Source: Marsupella aquatica (lineage: Eukaryota > Plantae > Marchantiophyta). From it: 64,000 nt of DNA. Location: contig OZ316895.1 of NCBI GenBank assembly GCA_973895155.1, positions 5,459,181 through 5,523,180 of the forward strand, given 5' to 3'. Under the pieces are notes generated by a model. It saw nothing but the letters and a program-made list of their open reading frames with translations, searched no databases and was not told the origin of the DNA. The translations under genes and the position numbers were made by a program. Positions within the stretch are counted from its first letter, which is position 1, and each line of letters begins with the position of its first letter. This document shows positions 49,101 to 61,900 of the stretch, piece by piece.

Positions 49101-50717
49101 AAGATCTATCTTACCCAGACCAGGCTTTTGTAGAATTGAACATCCACACTCGCCATATCATGATAAGTCACAGTCTTGTCCAATATCCGCTTGTAAACCA
49201 GCCTGGTGAAGTGTGCATCTAGTAAACAGCCATCCAACAATGCTTTGCCCACAATGGTGCCGATGAATCGAAAGAAATCCAAATGATCTGGATTGATTCC
49301 CGAATTTGGATTCAGTTGGAACGTGTAGTCATCTGCGGCACTACAAGTGAACAGCCCGTACTGAGGATTGAAAATTTCTTTGCTGAGGACACTGTACCAA
49401 TCCCGAGTGACTCCTCCATCATCTCTTCCGACTTCGTTAACAAAATGTATGGACAGTGGATTGCGGAGGTCATCATCACTAATTGAGGCAAACTGCATCC
49501 AAACGAAACACAGAACATAAGTCATCAATTGCGAATTAAGGAACATCACATACTTTTACAAATAACAAGGATCTTCAACAGAAACGATTAAAAACGTCGT
49601 TCTTCAAAACAACCAAAAAATCGACCTCTTCCCCTAAGAAAAAGTCGCCTAGGAACATTGCCATCAATCCCCAACTTCAGGGATGGGGATAAACGAAATG
49701 TTTACTCTTTGTCACCAGCAAAACCTTTTTCATCTTCAGACAAATAACAGACTTCTTTTCCCCAAAACCTATACGAGCATACGTCAAAGGTCGGCGGCAA
49801 GAACAAACCTTCCCGTTGGCCTCTGAGGTGAACTTACGTTTTAGTGACAGCAATGTAATGGATGAGAGGGAACCTCAGAAAGCATCCTCGCGTCGCACAC
49901 AACTGACAACGACACTGTTGTATACCTGAAGGTAAGAGTCTTGAAAGACATGATCCCGTCGCACGACAATTTGGAGAAGCCTCCTTTCACTACGTGCAGG
50001 CGAAGGATCAGATTTGCCACCATCCCTTCCCTTTGAAAGCTCCCTGCATCAAATGGAAGTAACACCTGTCAGCTTGATCGTCCACTTCGATCCTAATTCT
50101 CGTCACTCACAGGTACAAGCAGTACATCAATGTGAAAGCTCTCCCTAACCAGAAGATTTCACTTCCGTTCAACTACCACCATCAGACTTCGGATAAGCCA
50201 ACTGTCGAGAACTCATCAATTCGACTAAAAATCTCAGCCTAAGAACGAATCTAACTTCCAGGTACCACCCCCACCCCTCGTAAGAAATTCTCAAAACACG
50301 AGAATCGCCTCCGGAAAAGGTTGCAATCACGGCAGATTGCCTGCTGCAAAATAACTAACAAAGCCAATCACACCTGAGAATCCAGCCGAACCCTTGCTTA
50401 AAAAATGCCTATCGTTCGTCTCACCTGGCGAGCCAATCCCGTTTCATTTTGAAGATAGATCCAGCACTAAGGTGGTCTTTGAGGTCATTGATAGATTTCA
50501 TGTTTGGGTAGTCTTGAGACGGTGACACCCTTCCATCCCTGCCATGAGAATTCTCGTGCCTCACCTGCGGTGGAGGAAGAATTCCCAAAGCCGGAGGAAT
50601 CGACACAATGTGATCGTTTATGGAAAGCTGGATAGCTGCAGCTAAATCTGCGGCTGCATACACAATTTGTCACACGAGAAACGTAAGAATAGACCCCACT
50701 GCCAACCAACTTACCAT
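46108..50717 (-). CDS. Compact HECT-type E3 ubiquitin ligase (NEDD4/HUWE1/UPL1-like HECT domain), ~452 aa
   Basis: Exons on the minus strand: 50717-50715 (ATG, tentative), 50627-50425, 50043-49926, 49492-49115, 48509-48423, 48156-48072, 47875-47805, 47501-47437, 47245-47173, 46928-46863, 46706-46683, 46532-46461 and 46221-46108. All are GT-AG with consistent phases, totalling 1359 nt. Motifs: VRRDHVFQDSY, F..E.G.D.GGVTRDWY, IFNPQYGLF, NFDENELEWLIGGLP, VIRWFW, RARLLQFVTGTSKVP, catalytic RLPQAHTCFNELILPDY, and the -4 Phe (FQLR*). The start codon is the uncertain part. Confidence 0.93.
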
Positions 50718-52319
50718 TCACTCATGCAATAAAACATCCTATCCAAATCCTGAATGAAAATGAGGCGTAGAACTGCTGCAATGACGAGCTGCCATAAGGA
50801 GCGCAAGTAAAAGCATTCGCTCCAACACTGGCTTAAACACTTGGGCCGTCTCAGGAAAAGGAGAGAAGAGCCAATTGCTCCTAGGGTCGACAACAGAGGA
50901 AATCCTGCGAATGAAACAGCTTGGACTAGTTGAAGAAGGTACTGCAGCAAGCGGGGCTACGGAATCGTGTGGCTGGCTGGGTATAAAAGCTGCCAGGAAC
51001 CTGAGACAGGCATCATCCCAAAAACGATCCTGCTAAGACAAGGTTCCTAAGGCAGGCAAGGATCGTTGGTGCTAACTTACGTCCCTCACCTTCACCACCT
51101 GAAGAACGTGGGTTCCAGTTCCACAGTACATGATATCCTGAGAACATAAAATCTCCAGTGAGAAAAATACTACGAGGGACAGAAGAAGCTATAAGGCAGG
51201 TGGAGCCAGCAGCAGGTAGTAGCAGCAGTGAACGGGACACAAAATCTCTTTGGCGACTGCCAAATCCGTAACAAACACTGCGCGCGCAAGTAGATGCAAT
51301 TGGGCCAAATTTCGGCTGCCACGGAAGCTAGAGATTCCAAATTCCAACAGCTAAAGTCATCCGCACTTTCGAGCATGTCCAACTCCCCAACACCAGGGAT
51401 AAGGCACAGGACGAGAACGCCAGGGATAAGGTGGAAAAAGAAGAAGGCCATCCCCTCAACTTGAGCTTCAAACTAAGCACACCCGAAGAGGGGCTCATGA
51501 AGGAGACAAGCATCTGGCAGGGACGATCTCCTTGACTTGAGCGGTCACGAGGAGCAGAGGAGTAACAGCTAATCTCTCAGGTTCGTTCACTTCAAGGAAC
51601 TGTAAGCCACGTCTTCTTCTCAACACATCGCGAACCCTAAGGAGGTCATCACACTCCGCAGTCCGATGGATATGGCCAATCAAATCCGATCCAAAGCAGT
51701 CCGTCAATACCCATCACCTGTAAATCAAAGCCCAAGCCAGTGACGAGGATAGAGAAGACACACGTACAACCTTCTCGCCGGCGTTGCATACGACGCCGGT
51801 GCCAGGCACAACCAGCTAAAGAGAAAGCCATCGCCACCGTCGACAACCACCATGTCAAAACCATGAACTCCCATTTCGGCAACGCCCCACCTCCTCCTCC
51901 TACACCGCCGACTCCGACTCCTCCCTCCTGCCAGTGGTGTGGGACCGTGACGACACCCACCATGTCCACCTCTCTCTTTCAGCAATCCAGTCCAATTCGA
52001 AACCTAAACCTCACCTCACCTCACCTCACCACACCACACCACACCAATTCTCCACAATTCTTTTGCATTTCACATCTCGAGCTTCCTCATCATCGTCGAC
52101 CTCCTCCCACTCTGCAGCACCTTTCCTAGTCCTCCTCTCGTCATGACTCCCCCACCACCTTCATTCACAGTCCCTCCTTTCATCGTCCGCATCCGAATCA
52201 TCCGCGCCTCCATCCTCCTCGTCCTCCTCGTCCCCTTCTCATCCACCCGACTCGTACAACATCAACGACAATGGTTTTTCTTGCACGCCTCGTCCCCCCA
52301 TACTAGAATTCCGCTCCTG

Positions 52320-52560
52320 CTCTCTTTCGAGAGAGAGAGGTCGAGAGATGGAGAGAGGTCGATTGTGCTCGAGAGATGGAGGAGGCTGGAGGCTGGCGCT
52401 TTGACGAGCCACACAACCGGACCCAACCCGACCCGACCCGACCCGACCCGACCTGCCCCGGCCCGCTCGTCGATAGCGAGGCGTTAAAACGAAGCAGAGC
52501 GAGAGTTCTACTCTAGTAATAGGAGCAGAGCACCTGCCCCTGCCCTGCCCTGCCCTGCCC
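52320..52560 (-). promoter_or_regulatory. Probable promoter/TSS region of the HECT gene, with GA/CT tract and (CCCGA)n, (CCCTG)n repeats
   Basis: GC-rich island with a CT-rich tract on the minus strand (52320-52380) and pentamer repeats at ~52422-52455 and ~52533-52560, ~1.7 kb upstream of the coding start. Promoter function is inferred. Confidence 0.4.
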
Positions 52561-55500
52561 AGACGAGCGTAAAGAGTCGGCTGATGGTCTCCTCTTGCAT
52601 TTGGTGCGACGCTTCTTCTCCTACAGTAGTAGTAGTGGTGTAGTTACTGTGTGCCCTTTTTTTTTCCTTTGGTTCGTTCGTGCGTGCGGAGCGGGGCAGG
52701 AGGGACTACTGCCCTGCGCCTTTGCCCGCCCCGCCACGGGCGCCACCTCCCACGTTCGATGCTGCTGCTCCACCGCACCGCCGCAAACAGTCCATGATAG
52801 GCCGCGTAAGAGTGGAACAGGACATAGAGAAATGGGCAGAGGAGTGCAAAAAGCAAGAGCGGGCTGGAGTAAAATGTTTAGAGGGGGGCAAACATGGAGT
52901 AAAATGTTTAGAGGAGGGGGACACGAGAGAGAAGGGAGAGAGGAAAATGTTTTACGGGGAAAAACGGGAGGGAAGGGTGTAGTGTAACCTATGGCTCCAA
53001 TGGTTATTAGCCATTTCCCCACACCAACCTGACTAGGGGTTCTGAGATTTAGGTCAGCTTGGCGAGCCTACCTGGAGAGGTATCCAATAAGGCCCAATTT
53101 TCAAGTCATAAATATATAAAACTACACATTAGGTTTACTCTTGTCAACCCATGGCTCGATGGCCATGGTTGTAACCCCCTGACGGCCAGCATTACACTAG
53201 GTTGTAATTATGTAACCAGAAAGTGAATAAAAGCTAACCCCAGTCCACACAGTCTTTGTATAACATAACTGCAGCTCGGATGGACCATTAGGTTTGCTCT
53301 GAAGCCCATGGATTTCCTAAGATAGGATGGACTAACTGGGACCATCAAAAACTACTCTGTAGCACTCTTTATAGTTTTTGTCTAAAGTGTGACTTGTAAA
53401 TCCTGGCCATGTGCGGCCAATTTCCATCAGTTTACGTTGTGTTAAGTCACTCCTTATATACAGGCAACTCAGGGTGTCCCTCACAAAAGTGAACTGTTCT
53501 TCCCCAAAGCTCATGCACGAATTACTCAGGGTGTCTTTTAAAGAAATGAAGAGTCCTCCCCCAAAGTGAGAAGTAGTACCTATGCCCAAACTACTCACGG
53601 CTTCACATACAAAAGTCAAACTTCCATTGACAGTTGGTTTATAATATTTGATCATTTTTGCACTCATTGGCAGTGGAGCAATTGATCTCACAAAAATCTC
53701 AAACTTTGTCAGGTATCAATTAGACAGCATAGAACATGCTAGAAAAATTTGAGCTTCAAGAATGATCCAAAGTGGTCCAAACAAATGCGCAAGTCTGCCA
53801 AGAACTAGCATTTTCCAGTTGACCGGGCTGGTTGGAAAATCACTTGGGGTATTATGCTTGAAAGTGAAACATCCTTCCAAAAGCAGTTGGTCACTGTGAA
53901 TTTTGGATGTCAAGTGAAACAAACCCCTTGGTCCAATTAGGCTTGATTCTCACTTTTGGAAGACAATTTTGTACCTGAATTCTCCACAGATTCATTTATT
54001 GTTGGCCTTAGTGTTGGTTTCTTGAACTGAAATAAAGGTTGGACCTTCAACCCTGGTTCAATATTTTCAAAGACTCACCCTCACCCTGCTCCCTGCCCCC
54101 ATCCTCATTTTCCACTTGCACCCTCAATTTCAGTTATACCCAAGAGTCATTGTCTAGAGAATTCACTCGAGTGTGTAGGTCTTGAAAAGTAGCTTTAGAT
54201 TGGGGTTATATGATTAGATCTCTTGGGTCTCCCTTGTTTCTGTCCATAGGGGCTCTTTGTTAACCATTTGTGTCTCACACTTAGATTTACCTTTGTATGG
54301 GGTTCTATTTAGGTAATAAGAGAGTGACCTCCACTTTTTTCCGAATGTTGAGTCTTTTGGGTGTAAGGGGCTTTTGATGGGAGATTAAGTCTTTTGGCTG
54401 TAAGGGTTTGGCATGGAAGTTTTCACAAGTCAATCTTGAAGCTTGAATTTGAAACTACACTTGTTGCAATGACTATTGCCATTGCTGGGCCATGGTTAGT
54501 GGGACTACTAATGTTGAGCAAAGTCTGCACTTACATGGATCCACCCACAGTAGCAAGTATTTTGGAAATTTGAAGACATATGCCCTTATGCCTTCACCTC
54601 CTTTATGCAATAGGCAGCTGCTATAATGGGCAGCATTGAGTTGTGGGACCTAGTAAGCAGCAATAAATGAGTTTTCCATGAATTCACATCCAGAATGGAG
54701 GCCAATGGGAAGGTGGGAACAAACCGAAGGAAGGGCAGCTGAGATGTTCCCACTCCTCACAAGCTGGAGGTTGCTTGCTTGCTCATATGAGGAAATCACC
54801 AATCCATATTCTAAGAGCATCTCCATGGGCAATGGGCTTTTTGTCTAGGAAATTCAATACAACTGGAGCGCCTGGATTAGTAAATTTGGACCAGACTTGC
54901 CCCTGAGTTGCTGGGAGGGGTCTTAGCTTGGCTCAACAGATGTGGGGGCCCATTGTTTACTTTCATTCCCTCTCAGAATATATGGGGATTGTATAATGAC
55001 TTGAATGACTGCAAGTGGCTTTACTAGAACTCGGGACCCATTCAGGTATAGTGTCTACGTATTCTACAGGGCAAGCAATGGACCCAAGAAAGTGTTGATG
55101 TGGGGTGCTTATTTTGTTTAGAATTTTAGGGTACCTCCAAAAGTGATACAAAAGAATTCTAACTTTAGCTCCTTCATTCATGGGATTTGTATATACTGAA
55201 CTGCATTTCAATGGTGCCCCAATGTCTAGAACCCACCCTCATTGGCATCTTTCTGCGCTACCATGGCCCTGCATGTCAGTGTTATAACAGACTTATTGTA
55301 AGTAACACTACTTCATTCGTAGAGCCCAACAATTCTTCACTCAAATCAGTGCAACACTGCTTCAGTGAACAGTGTACATACTTGTAGCATTTGTGCATAC
55401 CATATAAATTCTCCATGTTGGTAAGTAGGTTTTTTTCTTACATACTTGTGATAATTATCTATACCCCTGTGTTTCTTAAAGATAGTACTTATTGTAAAGT

Positions 55501-56259
55501 ATTTCACTAACATATATTGAAGTTGATGCTTGAATGGGATGGATAGCAGACATGTCTGATCTTACAACTCAAATGGACCAAGCACTTTTTTACATCCAAA
55601 ATGAGCATTTTTATGAAGGAAAGGTACTAGGTGTTATCTGATAGGAATCCAGACTGAGAACAATACTTCAAAGAGGTCCATGCAAGTTGCATTGACCCAT
55701 CAAAGGATCTTGTCAATGTTATGGGGTTGTGGTCTAAGTATTTAAACATATTGTTTGTTTGCATTTTAGTTTTTAATGTCAAGGAACCCCAACTATTATG
55801 CCAAAACAATGAACTTTTTGATAGGGTTGCTCCAACTTCAAACCATCTCTCCCAAATGGTAATAAAAAGCTTTTAAGACTATTCTATCCAGATAAATGAG
55901 AAAAACAAATATTCTTGAAGGTACTTAAAAGTGTGAAGATTTAGGGTTTAGGGGTTAAATAGTTTGACTTGTGGTGTTTCCAGCTTACAATGATTTCCAT
56001 ATTGAGAAGAATAATTAATCATTCCTTTTTAGAGGCTGGATGGATTTAGTAACCCCTTTAAAGCAAGAATGGTACTTACGCCCTCAATGCTTTTTCCTTT
56101 ACAAAGTGTTTTCTCCTCACATCTTATTCCTCTAAAAAGTGTTGGCCCCACTTTTATCCCCACATACCATTTTTCTTGTGGACATCTGAGTGATAGCCTG
56201 TGAACTATTGTGAATCCTTTCAAAGACTTGATTGGCTTAGTTTACTCATAATGACTTAG

Positions 56260-58600
56260 GCTAGCGACACGTAAGTTACTCAAAACCATAAACTTAGGAA
56301 ACACAAGTATGAGCACTAGCTAAAAGTAGAACAGGTGAAACTTTTGTTCATCACAACTCTTGGATTCCATCACACTCTTAGAAAGCATACGGTTCAGGTA
56401 TGTATAGTGTATGAAAAATCAATTATATATATAACTTGAATATAAAGATAAAACAACATACTCTAGCAAAGGCTGGACATGATTGAAAAATAAATATAGA
56501 CCTAAAGGAGGCGGAGGGGTCTCAAACTAGAACATTAAAAGCATTAAGAGAGGGGTGAAAATAATACCAAAGTCCAAAAATACAATGAATGCACTTTGTC
56601 TAGAACAAATCAAAACAAAATACATCTACAAAATCTCAATAAGACAAAGTGACCTGAGTCAATTCCCAACAAGGGTAACACCATTTCTGAAACATAAGCT
56701 TGGATGGGATGGGATGTCCATCAAAACCTTTTAGGTCAAACAGGATCCCCAGAATGTCATTTGTGTGAAAGTAAAGTATCTTTAGACTCAAATCATTCCA
56801 TATCATCCTAGCAGCTCTAAGATAGGATGTGAGCTTAGGAATCATATTTGAGCAAAAGGGGTTGGGATGATGATCCAAACAAAATTGCAAAACTCTCCAG
56901 TAAATCCATGTCAAAATGTTTGATTTCATAGATCTCATACAAGCTTAGGAGTTAGGAGTCCTACCCGAGAAAAAGGCTAGGATGAACATCCAAATTCAAG
57001 CTTACAACTCTAACTTTTTGACCAATTTGTCTTGTTTTCTACTAACATGTCCAATAACATAGCAAAATTATCAACCCCCAAACTAAATTAATGCCTGCGT
57101 TGACCCCTTTTGTATTGATTACTTTTAGTTAACCAAGGTTGATCGGCATGGGTTGTCTGCCATGAGGCAAGGCACAAGTGGCCCAGCATCCCAGCCAACC
57201 ATGTCTGGGGCCATGCCCTTGCCGAGGTCAATTCTTGCCCTCTTGACATGCACTCTCTCCCACCTCCTCCCAAGCCCTTTCCTGGTCCAATGGTTTCCCT
57301 GGCCCAATGTTCCTTCCAGGCCCAACATTCCAAACTGACTTTCCTTGGGTGAAGGCATACAAAGGGTTTTAGGAGGTTTCACTTCCATGTCATCCTGGTT
57401 AGGAATGCACCTTCCCATAATTCTCTAACTTAGAGCTCTATCAGAGTAAAAGGTGTGAGGTGGAAACCCCATCTAAGCTTATAGCTCAACCCATCAATGT
57501 GTCTCCACTTAAATTAAATCAAAGTGCTATCAGAAAAGACCGGAGCTTTTGGCTGCATGCTGGTGTTTCAGACCATGGCTTTGCTTCCAAAGCTAGTCAC
57601 TTCACTTTTGGTGCTTCTGGTTGCAATTGTTAGTTGCAAGTTAAGGGTTTCAGGTGTACCTTTAAGTTGTTTTGGTGTTTGCCCTCTTCACTTTCGTTGC
57701 GGGTTTTGTGCATGTTGTGTTCTTGTAGCTAGTGAGTTTGTTTCTTGTGCTTCTTGTTGGACTTGTTAGAGCACCTCCACCAGTTTTGCGGCCTAGTGCT
57801 GCCATTGGTAGAAGTTTTGGGAGAAGTTTTCCAGTTGAACTCAAACCAACATCATTCCCAGGAGTCGTGGAACTTGACTACCTTAACACTTAGCTCCGGC
57901 GTCGCTGACTCCGACGCCGAGCTCCCTTATGGTCCAGGCCCGGATAGGCCATCCGGGGAGAACTTAGCATGGGGAGACTGGCTTCGTATGGGAGGGGCCG
58001 CGGGTGGTGCAAGGGGCACTAGGGTGCTTGCTCGAGGTATTCCGTGGAGGCGTTCAGGTACCAAGGGCACTTAGGCGTGAGTGCTGGGATTGGTGAGGGC
58101 GCTGGGTGGCAAGGTCCATCACTCCAGGTCTGCAGGAAAGTTTGCAATTGCAACAACGCCTGCCAAAAGTGCCCATCAAAGCCCTACCTATATTCAAACG
58201 TGAGTGAATGTTGCAACGACATTCAGATGTGCACATGTCGCACAATCATAGCCATAGATGCGGTTTGGCAACACTTGCAAATCAAGTTGGGCAACTTGGA
58301 AAAGGGCCAGATATTGCAGTCAGGAAAATGTAAAGCTTGTAGCTGCAATAAATTGGAAAGTTTGTGTACTACACTCAGGTCATTTTAGTATTTCCTGGGT
58401 TTTGGCTAAAGTCTTCCATTTGAAAAGCCCAGCTTTTGTGCTTGAGTATGTTGTGTGCACAGAATAACCATGTCCAAAAATTATGTGTCATTGACAAAGC
58501 CCTTTCTCTGCCCACTTTGCACAGGTCATTTGGAGCGTGAAACAAGTTGGAAGTGGACAAAACTCTGGCTAAATCTCAAACATAAGGCTCAGGGCTTACT
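56260..58600 (-). mobile_element. Degenerate Ty3/Gypsy (Athila/Tat-like) LTR-retrotransposon remnant
   Basis: Minus-strand TTTAGTTTGGGGGTTGATAA at ~57068-57087 resembles an Athila-type PPT/LTR junction. A second AAGCTTAGATGGGG tract is at ~57467-57480. No intact gag/pol ORF was found. Boundaries are approximate. Confidence 0.35.
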
Positions 58601-58878
58601 ATTTGAATAGAGCCTGCGCCCCCCACCCCCGACATACTGTTGGAATTCAAGGCCCAGGCATTTTGGGTGGACGACTGGTCAGTTTAATTTTTGTGCTTCT
58701 TGCCACACTTGTTAGTTGCACTTCTTGGGCTTGCATTCATTCAAATCCTTTTGGTGTTTTGCCTTCTCTGCTTTCCTTGCAGGTTTAGTGCATGTTATGT
58801 TCTTGGCCTTTGCTGCCTTGTATGTCTGTTGACTTTAGCTTTTCTATTTTATGAAAACACATGGGCTTTTCCCATTTC

Positions 58879-58982
58879 AAGCCAGTCAGCCAAATTGGTG
58901 CCCAGGGTCTTTCACTAAGAAAATTAATCTAAGCCAGTCAGCCAAATTGTTGCCCAGGGTCTTTCACTAAGAAAATTAATCT
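58879..58982. repeat. 52-bp tandem duplication
   Basis: AAGCCAGTCAGCCAAATTG(G/T)TGCCCAGGGTCTTTCACTAAGAAAATTAATCT occurs twice. Confidence 0.9.
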
Positions 58983-61900
58983 GGCCAGCAAGTTGCACAT
59001 CCTCATGGCTTTTGGTGGGTTCCCCCGCTCAGGTGCTATTGTCCTCTTAAACCGCCACTATCTCTGAAGCTGTTCCAGGCCAAAATAGCCAATTTTTTCC
59101 ACTATGTCGTCTTGCTACATAGAACTAGTAAATGATAGAATCTCACAGAGACCCCAACATTGACAAGATCCTTAGGTGGGTCAATGCAACTTGCATGAAC
59201 CTTCTGTTACAATGTTGTTTTTTACTCGGAGAAAGACCTACCTCTCCTTCATATAAGTGCTCACATTTCATATAAAAAATGGGCTTGGTTTATTTGAGTC
59301 CCTGGGTCAAACATTGTGGGCCATCATTATTGATTAATTATGGTGACCTGTATCCACCAGGTTTTGAAATTGGGCTAAGAGTTAGTTTAAAGAAAACAAA
59401 ACAAAACAAAAGACCTACATTAGTTAATTCTTGTCTACCAATTGTGCCCATGTCACCTAGGAAGCACTCTTAGTCCTTTCTAGTTTAGTAGACCTTTTCC
59501 TCTGCTTTTAGGCACTTTGTCCCATGCACCTGGCAGGGATGAGTTTCAGTTTGTTTCTGGACCATTTTCTTGTTGAGATGGACCTTGCCCTTTCCTGGCT
59601 TATTGGGATTTCATCACAGTAGGGCATCTCATAGCTGGGTTGTGGCTGAGTGTTATGAATTATGCATTTCTAGTCCATCCTGTAGCTCTGGTTATTGGAT
59701 CCAGTTAAGGATTTTAAGAAATGATGGGAGGCAGCATTAATCTGCCCCACAAGGCAGGGATGGCCTCACCTCAGTCTAATGGCATATGTCCATTTACCTT
59801 CATTCTCGGTCAGCTGCCACCCCAAATTCAGCAGCCAGCACATTTAAGCCCAAAGCCCATCTGTGTTCAATCCCAACTTTCCAGATCACTAGATTTGCAT
59901 CTAAAGTTAGGGGGAACTTGTTAGCGTTATTGGTTAAGTGTAGAGCCCTGCGACTTTCCCTACAATAGCCAAAGAACAACTTTAATTGGAGTTCCAATAA
60001 CTCTTGATATATGTGAAGCCTTTATCTTGACGTGGCCAAGCTTTGAGAAGCCCAAGTACTCTAGTAATTAATGATCAGGTTGCTTTGCATCAAAACTTAA
60101 TACTTCCACCTTTCAAATTGCTGCAATGCCATATTTAATTACTGTTGATTTCAAAATGAAACATGTGCACTGTTACATTGGTGTTGTGCATCAAAATGCT
60201 CAGAATAGCTTCCTTTACCTAAGTTGATACACTTCTCTTTCAAATTTTGCGCAACACATGAATAATTTGCAACACCTGAATTTAACTTTTCTTACTTTAA
60301 AAACAATGACTGCACTGGTGCATGAGTGTTTGCATCCAAGCTTAGAATATTACCAAACAATTTTGCAAGTTTCACAGAAATTACTAAATTTATTTTGTCC
60401 TGGCGAGTGAACTCTTTCATAATTGTTTAATTATCACGCTAACCTCATCGTCCCCACTGCAATTTGTTTTTTTCTTACACCTGGCAAAAGCTATGGAGTA
60501 AGGATAGCTTCAGCACATTCTTATAACGAAAACAGGAAACGGGCAGCGCAATGAGGGCAGCTTCAGTACAAAGTTGGGCAGCAAAGTTAGTGAAAGCTAC
60601 TTTGGACATATTCTGCCCAAAAGTTTCTTATAAAACCAAAACAGGGACCGGCCAGCAAAGCCCGTGAAAGGAAGTTGGGACAGATTCAGCACAAAAAGTT
60701 CTCAGAAAGTAATCCCCTCATGTTATTTTCCCTTTAATTTTTAATTTTTTTGGTGGTATTCTCTAAATGGCTGTAAACCTAATTGCCCTTGTGATTTTTC
60801 AATTTGTATTTTACAGAGCATTTTGGAACATAATGCCCCAGTGAATGTGTATCACTCTTTAGAAAGATTCTCCCCTACTTTTGTTAAAGTTAGAAAAACT
60901 AAAAATCTCTCAGCCCTTTAAGTGTAGGAAAGTCCTGTTTCCTGAGCATTATAGGCAATTACAGCCCCTCCAAACTCACGCTAAAGCTCTCCTTTTTAGA
61001 GGCATTATATGCCATAATGCCCTCTAACAAGACTTGGGGCCATCATTAATACCCAAGGGTTATCCAATTTAAGAACAATTTTTGGGTGAAAATTAGTGTT
61101 TGGGCGGGGATGATGTGATGTAATGTTCACCCATGGGGTGATGTAATTCACAAAGGCCATGGATGTGATGAAAATGATGTGATGTAATTTTTGGGTGAAA
61201 ATTAGTGTTTCGGCACGAAGTTTTCTCATCATGAGAACCGAGAACGGGCAGCGAAGCTATCGAAAGTTTTCTCATAACGAGAACAGGGAACGGGCAACGA
61301 AGGGAGTGAAAGCAACGAAGGGCAGGAAGCCTGGGATCGAATAGACGGGCAGCGAAGGGCGGGCAGCGAAGGATCGACTTGGAAACAGCGGGCTACAGGT
61401 AGGGAAAACAAACAAAACGCCAATGAGACCGAAAGAAAAGACCAGGGCAGCTGCATGGTCGCCACCGCACGGTCACAACTCGCACCCCTTCTGGCCCACG
61501 CCCACACGGGCCGCACCCAGAACTCGCTTGACCGCACCCTAAATTCGCCTGACCGCAGTACCGCACCCTCCGCTGACCGCATCCCAGTTGGCCGCCCACC
61601 AGTCCGAGACCCAGTCCTCTCCGGTCCACGCCTAGAGACCGAGACCGACCCACATCTTACGCCACCTGTACCTCATTATTATTAGTGTTGTTCGGCGACG
61701 CCGCGGATTTAAATTATAATAAGAATAAAAACCTATTTTTGATATGTATGCAGTTTAGTAACAAATAAAGCCCAAATGGACCCAGGGGTTTGCTGTGAAA
61801 CCTGGATAGATCTCCAAAGCTTTGATGGACTCTAACAAGACATCCAGAAAGATATGTATACAATCGTTTATAAGTTTGATTGTAATGTGACCTACAAGCT

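Noticed and set aside
50711-50950. Hydrophobic ORF as a transmembrane N-terminal exon of the HECT ligase
   Set aside because: Its donor is phase 2 in that frame and none of the downstream acceptors match, so it was treated as 5' UTR.
51740-52987. Pro/His-rich plus-strand ORFs (extensin-like)
   Set aside because: They arise from GC-rich microsatellite sequence in the HECT leader and promoter, and have no signal peptide or family motifs.
61229-61700. GC-rich ORF cluster / possible retroelement PBS
   Set aside because: Low-complexity repeats (GACCGCACC, GGGCAGCGAA) with no convincing PBS or domain. It is probably TE-derived but could not be classified.
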